From the NCBI GenBank assembly GCA_964548195.1, contig CAZJQC010000006.1, positions 42,792 through 76,830 on the forward strand: a stretch of DNA of 34,039 bases, written 5' to 3'. Of the stretch, positions 22,841 to 31,332 are shown piece by piece. The stretch comes from an uncultured bacterium. Its GTDB lineage: Bacteria; Macinerneyibacteriota; Macinerneyibacteria; Macinerneyibacteriales; DSCS01. Each line of letters opens with the position of its first letter. Positions within the stretch are counted from its first letter, which is position 1. The notes under the pieces are model-generated. The model was not told the origin of the DNA, did no database searches, and saw only the letters and a program-made list of their open reading frames with translations. The position numbers and the translations under genes are program-made.

Positions 22841-24805
22841 ATGGATTTCAAAAAGGACGTTTATCAGGATCCGGATATTAAGAAATACGTCAAGATCATT
22901 TCAAGGGATCCCAGGGCATTCGCCTCTCTGGCCAATGCGCTTTTAAACAAAGGATATGTTGAAGAGGCGATTCAGGTATGTGAAGAAGGGTTGCTGGACG
23001 ACCCTGATTTTGTGGCCGGCAGGGCGGTGTTGGGCAAATGTTATGTCAAGGACGGCAAGACGGGCAAGGCGAAGGAAGAATTTGAGCGCATTATCGAGGA
23101 CAGCAGTGATAATGTCGTTGCCATAAAAGGACTGGGCGAGATCTATTATTCGATGGAGCTATACTCAGACGCCCTTGATATGTATGAACATCTTTTGTTT
23201 ATCGATCCCATGAATTCGGAGTTTCAGGACATGGTTGAAAAACTCAGGGAGTTGGCTCCGGCTGGGGCTGTGTCCGACATTAAGGATGAAGCAGTGCCTC
23301 CCGTTGAAGAGGTGGCGGAGTCGGACGATGAAGAGCCCGGATGGCATGCCCGGATATCAGAGGATGACGGGGAATCCGGCGTCACTGATCTGACGGCTGA
23401 CGGGATCTCCGGCGACGGGTCCTTTTTAGATGAGAAAACGGTTTTTGCACTTATAGATCTGATGAAAAAGACGGTAAACCTTTCGGAACGGGTGTTGTCC
23501 TCCGGGTATAATGCCAAAAGTCAGCGTTTGTTCGCCGCCTTGTATTCTGCTCTTGACCCCGCGGGGCTGGAGGCTCTTACGGATGAATTTGAGACATATA
23601 TGGACCTTGAGGGCAAAGAGGGTGAGATAATCCCGATAGAGCGAGGCGTCTCGCCGCACGAGGATGCATCTATAGAGATCGCGGGAACTGAAAACATAGG
23701 GTTGCAAAAGAATGCGCCCGAAGCCCTTTTTGACAAGGTGGAATCCACCGATGACATAGTCTCAAATCAGGCCACGACCTATGATGATGAAATAAATACG
23801 GAGGAAGAGTTGCCCTCCTCCGCTCGGGAGAGCGCCGTCGGTGATTACGCGCCCGGGGAAGACGCCGTTGAGGACGAGCGGGCGGATATGGGCGCTGACG
23901 TGGCGGAGCTTGACACGACGCTGAAGGGGCGCGCTGATTTTGACATGGAAGTCGATGACGGGGATGATGACATGCCGGATATTCCGGTGAACGACATCCC
24001 GGAAGAAATAGATGAGACGACTGATTTTCCGATTGCTGAGGAGGCAAAAAACGACGCCGGTGATTTTTCGGAAGACATACTTGAGGAAAATGACGTGATC
24101 GAGGAAGAGGACATCGATGAGGAAGAGCCCATGGAAGAGGAAAGCGATCCCGGCTCTGAGGGCGGTGAACGGATGCCTTTCAGGGATGATTCCTACATGT
24201 CGCTCGAAGATGAGATCAGCAGCCCCCGGGATCTGGGCGATCTTCTGGCTGAGGCCGAGAAGAGCGTCTCCGGGGAGGATGACGTGGAACCGTCCGATTA
24301 TGACGATGCTTCTGACTACGGGGATGATATAATGGACGAACTGGAATCGGAGACTGCCGCTTATCTGGAAGAGCGGCAAAATGAGAAGTTCAGCGGTGAG
24401 AACGTCCTTGATATCAATGGCGAGACCCCCGCGCCTGACGTCGGCCGGGACGATATGTTCAGGGGACGGGACGAGGTGGATGTCGGAGTGGTCGACTCGG
24501 CGGGTGTCGGTGACAGCCGTTTTAATGTACGCGAAGAGATAGATGTGGCGGAGGGCATTCCCGATACGGACGGGGGCTCTTTTTCAGGCAAAGATGAAAT
24601 AGACGTGCCCGACAGTGCGGGGACCTTTGCCGTTACGGATACCGAAAGTGCTTCCTTTTCCGGCAGTGAAGAGCTGGATATGGATGATTTCCATATGGGT
24701 GGCGATAGCGCCGGAAAAAAAGAGCCTGACGGAGAAAAAGACGAACTGTTTGATGCCGACGATGAAAAGATCGATGATATAGGCAAGTGGCTGAATGAGT
24801 TATAG
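22841..24805 (+). CDS. TPR protein with a very long acidic, probably disordered region and a C-terminal amphipathic helix
   Basis: About three N-terminal TPRs (DPRAFASLANALLNKGYVEEAIQVCEEGL...); the rest is dominated by D/E; ends EKIDDIGKWLNEL. Start is ATG 22841 or GTG 22838; RBS GAGGGAG. Confidence 0.75.
   Translation: MDFKKDVYQDPDIKKYVKIISRDPRAFASLANALLNKGYVEEAIQVCEEGLLDDPDFVAGRAVLGKCYVKDGKTGKAKEEFERIIEDSSDNVVAIKGLGEIYYSMELYSDALDMYEHLLFIDPMNSEFQDMVEKLRELAPAGAVSDIKDEAVPPVEEVAESDDEEPGWHARISEDDGESGVTDLTADGISGDGSFLDEKTVFALIDLMKKTVNLSERVLSSGYNAKSQRLFAALYSALDPAGLEALTDEFETYMDLEGKEGEIIPIERGVSPHEDASIEIAGTENIGLQKNAPEALFDKVESTDDIVSNQATTYDDEINTEEELPSSARESAVGDYAPGEDAVEDERADMGADVAELDTTLKGRADFDMEVDDGDDDMPDIPVNDIPEEIDETTDFPIAEEAKNDAGDFSEDILEENDVIEEEDIDEEEPMEEESDPGSEGGERMPFRDDSYMSLEDEISSPRDLGDLLAEAEKSVSGEDDVEPSDYDDASDYGDDIMDELESETAAYLEERQNEKFSGENVLDINGETPAPDVGRDDMFRGRDEVDVGVVDSAGVGDSRFNVREEIDVAEGIPDTDGGSFSGKDEIDVPDSAGTFAVTDTESASFSGSEELDMDDFHMGGDSAGKKEPDGEKDELFDADDEKIDDIGKWLNEL
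24389..24683 (+). repeat. Five degenerate peptide repeats, F-x-G-x-(D/E)-E-(V/I/L)-D-(V/I/M)
   Basis: FSGENVLDI, FRGRDEVDV, FNVREEIDV, FSGKDEIDV, FSGSEELDM at ~20-25 aa spacing. Confidence 0.6.
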
Positions 24806-24819
24806 GATTAGGAGATGGT

Positions 24820-25182
24820 ATGGATTATAAGGTAATGTTGGACAGTACGCTCAAAAAGATCGAGGGCGCCTTGGTCGTTAGCTTTTGCGGCATAGACGGC
24901 CTGGGAATAGCCAATGCCACTTATCCGGTGCTGCCTCCGAGCCTGCAGATCGGTGACGCTCAGATGGCCACGTATATTATTCACAAAAGGGAATCCCTCA
25001 AACAGGTCGGTGTCGAGGGCATACAGGAGGATATCACTATTTCAGATAGATATGTCGTGTTGTTAAGGATGGTCAACGAGGATTATTTTGTCAGTATGGT
25101 ATGTTCGCAGCTTGTAAATATAAAGAAGGCGAGATATCATCTTTACCTTTTGGCTGATCAACTGAGAAAAGAAATATCGTAA
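24820..25182 (+). CDS. Roadblock/LC7-domain protein, MglC-like
   Basis: 120 aa; IEGALVVSFCGIDGLGI...LLRMVNEDYFVSM...NIKKARYHL...LRKEI matches the roadblock pattern and, from memory, M. xanthus MglC; like mglC it lies directly upstream of efp. Confidence 0.75.
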   Translation: MDYKVMLDSTLKKIEGALVVSFCGIDGLGIANATYPVLPPSLQIGDAQMATYIIHKRESLKQVGVEGIQEDITISDRYVVLLRMVNEDYFVSMVCSQLVNIKKARYHLYLLADQLRKEIS

Positions 25183-25196
25183 AACTGGAGGAAAAG

Positions 25197-25763
25197 ATGG
25201 GAGCTATAGGAATCAATGATATTAAAAACGGTACTGCCATAGAGCGGGACGGCAGGTTGTATTGGGTCGTAAAGGCCGAACATGTCAAGCCCGGCAAAGG
25301 CAACGCTTTCTGCAGAGCCAGATTGAAGGACGTCGAAAGCGGAAAAGTCGTCACGGAGACGTTTAAGGCGGCCGACAAAGTTAATGAGATCCGACTGGAG
25401 TTACGAGACTGTCAGTATTTATATAGTGACGAGCACAATTATTTTTTCATGCATTTGGACACATTTGATCAATTTGGACTTGCTTCGGACTCGATCGAGG
25501 ACGAAAGGCGCTTTTTAAAGGAAGACATGACTGTCGGGATCCTTATGTATGGCGACAAAGCCGTTGGCATGAAGCTTCCCAATTTTGTGGAGCTTGAGAT
25601 CGTTGAGACAGAGCCTGCGGTAAAAGGCGATACCGTATCCGGCGCCACAAAGACCGCCGTGCTTGAGACGGGGCATGTGATACAGGTGCCGCTGTTTGTC
25701 AGCCAAAACGAGGTTGTGAAGATAGATACGAGAACAGGGGAGTATCTGGAAAGGGTCAAATAA
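25197..25763 (+). CDS. efp: Translation elongation factor P
   Basis: HVKPGKGNAF, QYLY, TEPAVKGDT, VPLFV, IDTRTGEY; RBS GGAGG. Confidence 0.97.
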   Translation: MGAIGINDIKNGTAIERDGRLYWVVKAEHVKPGKGNAFCRARLKDVESGKVVTETFKAADKVNEIRLELRDCQYLYSDEHNYFFMHLDTFDQFGLASDSIEDERRFLKEDMTVGILMYGDKAVGMKLPNFVELEIVETEPAVKGDTVSGATKTAVLETGHVIQVPLFVSQNEVVKIDTRTGEYLERVK

Positions 25764-26857
25764 TGCAGCTCTTTGAGATGTTGCAGAAAATGGTCGAAAA
25801 CGAGGCTTCCGACCTTCATTTCAAGGTGGGGAGTCCCCCGATGATGAGGCTGGACGGCGTCCTTCAGCCGGTGGGAGATTTTAAGCTGTCGCCGGAACAG
25901 ACTCTTGCCGTGGCCAAACAGTTCATGAACGACACCCAGTTTGAAAAATTTGAGGAAGAGCATGAACTTGACTTTTCCGTGGGCATCAGAGGAATGGGCC
26001 GGTTCAGAATAAATTGCTTTATTGCAAGGGGAGCGGTCGCCATAGCGCTCAGGCGCATATCGACTCAGATACTGTCCATAGATGACCTGAACCTTCCCGA
26101 AAAACTTAAGGACACAGCCCTGCTTCCCAGAGGCATGGTGCTTGTCACCGGGACCACGGGGTCGGGTAAATCCACCACGCTGGCCGGTATGATAGACTAC
26201 ATCAACTCCATGGAGCGCAAACATATAATAACGGTCGAGGACCCCATAGAATATCTTTTTTCGGACAAAAAGAGCATTATAAACCAGAGAGAGATCGGTT
26301 CCGATACCGAAAGCTTTTCGCAGGCGCTCAGACGCGTGCTGAGGCAGGACCCCGACATAATCATGATCGGTGAGATGAGGGATCTTGAGACCATTCAGAC
26401 GGCTATCACAGCCGCCGACACGGGGCATCTGGTTATGAGCACGCTGCATACTACCAATGCCGTTCAAACCATAAACAGGATCATCTCCCATTATCCGCCG
26501 CATCAGCACGATCAGATCAGAATACAGCTTGCGTCCACCCTTCAGGCCATCATCTCACTGCGCCTGATACCAAAGGCGACGGGATTCGGACGTGTGCCCG
26601 CAGTCGAAATATTGATCAACACACCATATATTTCCGAACTGATAGTCGATCAGAACCAGACCTTTCTGGTGAACGAGGCTATTGAAAAGGGAGAGCAGTA
26701 CGGGATGCAGACCTTTGACCAGTCTATTATGAAGCTTTACAAAAGCAGTCTGATCACGCTGGAAGAGGCTTTGAAAAGATGCAGCAATCCCGATGACTTC
26801 AAGCTGAAGATACAGGGGATAGACTCTTCAAGCGTTTCAGACATGTGGAACATGTAG
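25763..26857 (+). CDS. PilT/PilU-family type IV pilus retraction ATPase paralogue
   Basis: ASDLH, GRFRIN, Walker A GTTGSGKST, Asp box TVEDPIE, LRQDPDIIMIGEMRD, His box TGHLVMSTLH, GMQTFDQ. The AIRNLIRE motif is replaced by YISELIVD. Confidence 0.92.
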   Translation: MQLFEMLQKMVENEASDLHFKVGSPPMMRLDGVLQPVGDFKLSPEQTLAVAKQFMNDTQFEKFEEEHELDFSVGIRGMGRFRINCFIARGAVAIALRRISTQILSIDDLNLPEKLKDTALLPRGMVLVTGTTGSGKSTTLAGMIDYINSMERKHIITVEDPIEYLFSDKKSIINQREIGSDTESFSQALRRVLRQDPDIIMIGEMRDLETIQTAITAADTGHLVMSTLHTTNAVQTINRIISHYPPHQHDQIRIQLASTLQAIISLRLIPKATGFGRVPAVEILINTPYISELIVDQNQTFLVNEAIEKGEQYGMQTFDQSIMKLYKSSLITLEEALKRCSNPDDFKLKIQGIDSSSVSDMWNM

Positions 26858-26863
26858 GTGCCT

Positions 26864-29710
26864 ATGTCTGCCGCTCTGGATAAAAAACTTCTGCAGGTAT
26901 CCAAGTTTATACAAAAGGGCCAGTTCGACAGGGCCGTAAAGGAGTATGAAAAACTCCTGTCTCAATATAAGAAGGACCCCAAAATACTCAATTCGCTTGG
27001 AGACACCTATATAAAGATGAACATGGTCGAAAAAGCCATGGATATATTCAATGACGTGGCGGAAAAGTATATAAAAGACGGGTTTATGCCCAACGCCATC
27101 GCAATCTACCGTAAAATGCTTCGTTTCAAACCGAATGAGATAGCGGTAAAACTTAAGATAGCCGATCTCTATGTGAAGACCGGCATGATATCGGAAGCCG
27201 AGTTCTATTACAATCAATACGCGGATTATTTTGTCAAAAGGGGCGAGATCATCAAGGCTATACCCGCCTATGAGAAGATATGCGCCATAAATCCCGACAA
27301 TGTCGAATTGCGGAAAATACTTGCGGGGCTCTATTTCAGAGCGGAAAACATCGACAAGATGTTTTCAATGTATCAGGAGGTCTTTGACTATTTCCTGAAC
27401 AACAAGGATGACGACGGGATGAACGAGATATTCAATACGGTGACCGCGGTATCAAACAAAAACGGTCTGCTGGGGAATAAGACCTATTACACCATGTTTG
27501 TAAACTACATACTGTATCTGTTTGATAAAAAGGAATATGAACTTGCGAAGAATTCCGTGATGGATATGGCCAATATCTACCTGGAGATGGATGACAGGGA
27601 CAAGGCTGTGGACCTGTACAAACGTCTGCTTGAAAAGGATGAAAGAGATATCGGGGCAAGGATAAAGCTCATAGAGATATATAAGAAAAACGACAATACT
27701 CCTGAACTTGTCTGTGAATATTTGAAGATGGCCGAATACCTTAAGGAAGATGAACCCGAAAGAGCGAATGTGATATATTCGGAGATACTTCAGCTTGATC
27801 CCGAGAACATCGAAGCGAGGACCGCGCTCAACCGTTTTACAGACACACCGCCGCGCGAGGCCGGCCAGCCGGCTGCTTCGGCAAAAGAGGAACCCTTTGA
27901 GATAGAGGTGGGCACCGGCATCGTCGGCGACAATGACTCGGCGCCGGAAACAGATCTGGCAACGCAAGTGCCGGTGGACAACGATTATTACGGGACCGAG
28001 GCGTCTGAACTCGAATTGACCGTGACGGATGCCGACGCCCCTCCCGGGGAAGAGGTAAATGACGGTTTGAGGGCAGTGTCGCTGGGCAATGACAACGGGG
28101 AGAAAGAGGTTGAGGAAGCTGAGCCGGTCGTCGTTTCGGGGGATAAGGGCTTTTTCGGGGATGACGACGGCATTGAATTCACGATAGAGGTCGGAAAAGA
28201 CGATTCGCCGGACGCATCGGCTGTAAAATCATCCGGGAACGAGGATCTGGAGAGCGCTCTTTCCGATCTGTTTGCCGAATACGGGGGCGAGACGGCCGGG
28301 CAGCAGTCACTGGTCTCAAATATCAACGACCTTGACGGGGACAACTTTATTCCCACAGTGGACGAGATCGTGAACACATTCAAAAGAGGGCTGGAAGAAC
28401 AGCTGGAGGGAGACCCGCAGGCCCATTATGACATGGGCATAGCCTTTAAGGAGATGGGCCTTTATGACAGCGCGGTGGGGGAGTTCAGAAAACTTTCGCT
28501 TTTGCCCGCCTACCGTTTTAAAAGCATAAATCTTATGGCGCAGTGTTATGCGGAACGCGGAGAGTACCAGCGGGCGGTGGACGAGTTTCAGGAACTGCTC
28601 AGCGACGAGGGGCTTACCGCTGAGGAACGCGACGGGGTGTGCTACAGTATAGCCGCGTCATACTACAACAACGGCCAGGCCGCCGAATGTCTGGAATATT
28701 TCGAGCAGATCAAAAGCCACGCCGTATTTAAAAAAGATGAACTATACAAGAAAATAAAGGCGTTTATAGATGAAAAGAGCCTTGCCGGCGAGGTAGGCGG
28801 CAGCATTATCGAGGGAGAAGAGACCACCGACATAAACCTGAATCAGGTGATAGTGGAACCCGAGAGGTCCGTGTTTGAAGACTCTTCCGGGGAGGCCGAG
28901 GAAGAACGTCTCCCTGAAAAAGACGATGAGGATGACGGAGTGGAGTTTGAGATCGAGTTTGACGCGGAGACTGTCCCCGTTCCAGCGCCGCAAGAGGAAA
29001 CGTCTGCCCTCACGGAAGAACCGGGTGCCGAAGCGGAAGAAACGGAAGAGATCCTTCATCTGCCGGACGAGCCGGATGATGTCGTTGAGCATGAGGACCT
29101 CAATGCGTTTCAACATGAGGAGATGGCAGAGGCGCCGGATGAGATGTTCAATCCCGCGACTGCCGGGGCTATTGATGAGAATACTCGCGCCATAAGCGAG
29201 CTGCTTGAGTTTAAGGAGTCAGTGGAGGCGGCCATGTCACGATATGAAGCCGCTGCGGACCTGTCCGAATCCATGATAAACATGGCTGAAAGGCTGGAGA
29301 GCCTTGAGTCCAGGTTTGCCGTGGTGGAGGACCTGAATGAGAAAGTAGACGGCCTTCTGGAGGAGATGAACGGCATCAGGCTTGAGGAGATCAGACTGCT
29401 TGCGGCCGACCTGAAAGAGATTAAAAGCACGCTGACCGGCGATGCCTTTACCGAAGCCGTGGCATCATTAAAAGAGCTTGTCGAAAAGAACGGCCCCGGG
29501 GTGTTTTCAACGATGTCCTCCGGCAAAGGCCGTGAAGATGATGACGATAAATTCGCGGAAATACGGAACGAGATCGATTCGCTCAGAAACGAACTCGGAA
29601 AAGAGGGCGCCGCAAGACTGTTGGATGAGATGACCGAAGACATGGGACAGAACAAAGAGGAGCCCGATGACGCGGACGATGATGACAGCGGACGCATATC
29701 ATATTTTTAA
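26864..29710 (+). CDS. Large TPR protein, SgmX-like
   Basis: N-terminal TPR array (KGQFDRAVKEYEKLL...DGFMPNAIAIYRKML...LKIADLY), acidic linker, second TPR cluster (FKRGLEEQL...HYDMGIAFKEMGLYDSAVGEF), then an acidic/coiled-coil tail; followed by an ExeA-type ATPase. Start is ATG 26864 or GTG 26858. Confidence 0.7.
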   Translation: MSAALDKKLLQVSKFIQKGQFDRAVKEYEKLLSQYKKDPKILNSLGDTYIKMNMVEKAMDIFNDVAEKYIKDGFMPNAIAIYRKMLRFKPNEIAVKLKIADLYVKTGMISEAEFYYNQYADYFVKRGEIIKAIPAYEKICAINPDNVELRKILAGLYFRAENIDKMFSMYQEVFDYFLNNKDDDGMNEIFNTVTAVSNKNGLLGNKTYYTMFVNYILYLFDKKEYELAKNSVMDMANIYLEMDDRDKAVDLYKRLLEKDERDIGARIKLIEIYKKNDNTPELVCEYLKMAEYLKEDEPERANVIYSEILQLDPENIEARTALNRFTDTPPREAGQPAASAKEEPFEIEVGTGIVGDNDSAPETDLATQVPVDNDYYGTEASELELTVTDADAPPGEEVNDGLRAVSLGNDNGEKEVEEAEPVVVSGDKGFFGDDDGIEFTIEVGKDDSPDASAVKSSGNEDLESALSDLFAEYGGETAGQQSLVSNINDLDGDNFIPTVDEIVNTFKRGLEEQLEGDPQAHYDMGIAFKEMGLYDSAVGEFRKLSLLPAYRFKSINLMAQCYAERGEYQRAVDEFQELLSDEGLTAEERDGVCYSIAASYYNNGQAAECLEYFEQIKSHAVFKKDELYKKIKAFIDEKSLAGEVGGSIIEGEETTDINLNQVIVEPERSVFEDSSGEAEEERLPEKDDEDDGVEFEIEFDAETVPVPAPQEETSALTEEPGAEAEETEEILHLPDEPDDVVEHEDLNAFQHEEMAEAPDEMFNPATAGAIDENTRAISELLEFKESVEAAMSRYEAAADLSESMINMAERLESLESRFAVVEDLNEKVDGLLEEMNGIRLEEIRLLAADLKEIKSTLTGDAFTEAVASLKELVEKNGPGVFSTMSSGKGREDDDDKFAEIRNEIDSLRNELGKEGAARLLDEMTEDMGQNKEEPDDADDDDSGRISYF

Positions 29711-29721
29711 GAAAGGCCACG

Positions 29722-30546
29722 ATGAGCTATGAATCATTTTACGGGCTGAAAGAGGCGCCGTTTTTCAATATACCCGACGAAAGATATTTTTTTAGTTACC
29801 CGCAGAACGAGAAGGCCATGTTAAAGATAATACATGCCCTGAAACGGAGGATGGGGTTGTGTCTCATAACTGCGGGCATCGGCACGGGCAAGACCATGTT
29901 GAGCAGAAAAATACTGGAGTTGCTCAGAAATGATTTTTTTGAGACGTCTCTGATAGTGATGGTCCACGATAAAGTGGAGCCCGCCTGGTTCCTCAAGAAG
30001 ATGGTGACACAGTTCGGCGGGAATCCCGACGAAGACGATAAGATGAAATTGCTTAACGACCTTTATGGGAGGCTTTCGGAAATAAGCGCGCAGGGAAAGA
30101 TACCCGTAGTGATGATAGATGAAGCGAACATGATAAAAAACAAAGAGTTTTTTGAAGAGATACGGGGGCTTTTGAATTTTGAGAATAAAACGGGGAAGAT
30201 GATAAATTTTGTCTTTTTCGGTCTTCCGGAGTTGAGGGAAAACCTGCAGCTTGACCTCCCGCTTACACAACGGGTATCCATATCCATCGAGCTTAAGCCC
30301 ATGGATGAACGGACTACCATACAATACATACGTCACCGTCTGTCCGTGGCGGGAGCGGAAAGGATGATGTTTGATCAGGACGCCCTTATCGCAATTTACA
30401 GATATTCGGGCGGAATACCCAGGCTTATCAACACAATAGCCGATAATGCTCTTCTTGAAGGCTACATCGAAAGAAAAAAGATAATCGATCAACGTATTAT
30501 CAGTAATACACTGGTAGATCTCGGGCTGATCACATCTGCGAGATAG
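29722..30546 (+). CDS. ExeA/GspA-family AAA+ ATPase (ATPase domain only)
   Basis: MSYESFYGLKEAPFFNIPDERYFF, Walker A AGIGTGKT, Walker B VVMIDEA, FGLPEL, QR, YIRHRLSVAG, SGGIPRLINTIADNALL. Confidence 0.9.
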   Translation: MSYESFYGLKEAPFFNIPDERYFFSYPQNEKAMLKIIHALKRRMGLCLITAGIGTGKTMLSRKILELLRNDFFETSLIVMVHDKVEPAWFLKKMVTQFGGNPDEDDKMKLLNDLYGRLSEISAQGKIPVVMIDEANMIKNKEFFEEIRGLLNFENKTGKMINFVFFGLPELRENLQLDLPLTQRVSISIELKPMDERTTIQYIRHRLSVAGAERMMFDQDALIAIYRYSGGIPRLINTIADNALLEGYIERKKIIDQRIISNTLVDLGLITSAR

Positions 30547-30552
30547 CGTCTC

Positions 30553-31332
30553 ATGCCTAAAGCCGACATGCATTTGCACACCCTGTTTTCGGACGGCGGC
30601 CTTTCGCCCGAAGAGCTGGAGTCCGTGCTGTACAAAAAAGGGGTGCGTTTCGCCTCGATCACCGATCATGACACGGTCACCGCATTTGAGGGCACCGGCA
30701 GGGTCAGATTCGTTTCCGGAATTGAGCTGAGCACATTCAGCGGGGACAGTGAGGTGCATCTTCTCGGATACGGATGTGACGCGGCGGATCCCGGATTGAA
30801 GAGGCTTGTGGAAAAAGTGACGGATGTGCGGCGGGAGCGTTTTGAGCGCATGCTATCTTCGGCCCGCGCCCTCGGGCTGATCAAGGACGACATACCGGAG
30901 GAGTTCGCGGACCTGCGCATGCCCGGCAGATATCATCTCGCCCTTATACTGCGTGAGTCCGGGGCGGCGGGGACGATCAGAGAGGCGTTTTCCCGTTTTC
31001 TTGGCGAGGGGTGTCCGCTTTACGAACCGGTCAGGTATCTTGAGACTCAGGCGGGGCTCGACGCTCTCAAAAGTTTCGGAGCCTTTGTGTCATTTGCCCA
31101 TCCACAGCGCACCAACAAGGATGTCATAATAAAATCTCTTGCGGATAACGGACTGGACGCCGTTGAGGCATATTATCCGTTTCACGACAGCGTGATCAAA
31201 AGACATTACTTGAACCTGGCTAAAAAATATAATATCATATGCACGGGTGGCAGTGATTATCACAAAGGGGTATATTCCAATGATCTGTGTTCGGAAGATA
31301 TTACTGATTTTATTGACCGTGTGTTTTCTTGA
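30553..31332 (+). CDS. PHP-domain metal-dependent phosphoesterase (TrpH/YciV-like)
   Basis: DMHLHTLFSDG, ITDHD, GIELS, HLLGY, GRYHLA, FAHP, GGSDYH. Confidence 0.9.
   Translation: MPKADMHLHTLFSDGGLSPEELESVLYKKGVRFASITDHDTVTAFEGTGRVRFVSGIELSTFSGDSEVHLLGYGCDAADPGLKRLVEKVTDVRRERFERMLSSARALGLIKDDIPEEFADLRMPGRYHLALILRESGAAGTIREAFSRFLGEGCPLYEPVRYLETQAGLDALKSFGAFVSFAHPQRTNKDVIIKSLADNGLDAVEAYYPFHDSVIKRHYLNLAKKYNIICTGGSDYHKGVYSNDLCSEDITDFIDRVFS

Noticed and set aside
25469..26509. 346-aa minus-strand ORF opposite efp and pilT/U
   Set aside because: Antisense shadow of conserved genes; no recognisable motifs or RBS.
29821..30759. 312-aa minus-strand ORF opposite the ExeA and PHP genes
   Set aside because: Fully overlaps two well-supported + strand genes; no recognisable protein features.
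26864..31332. TPR + ATPase + PHP as a possible anti-phage defence cassette
   Set aside because: The ATPase is ExeA-type, the PHP is an ordinary TrpH-like protein, the context is housekeeping and no mobility genes are present.
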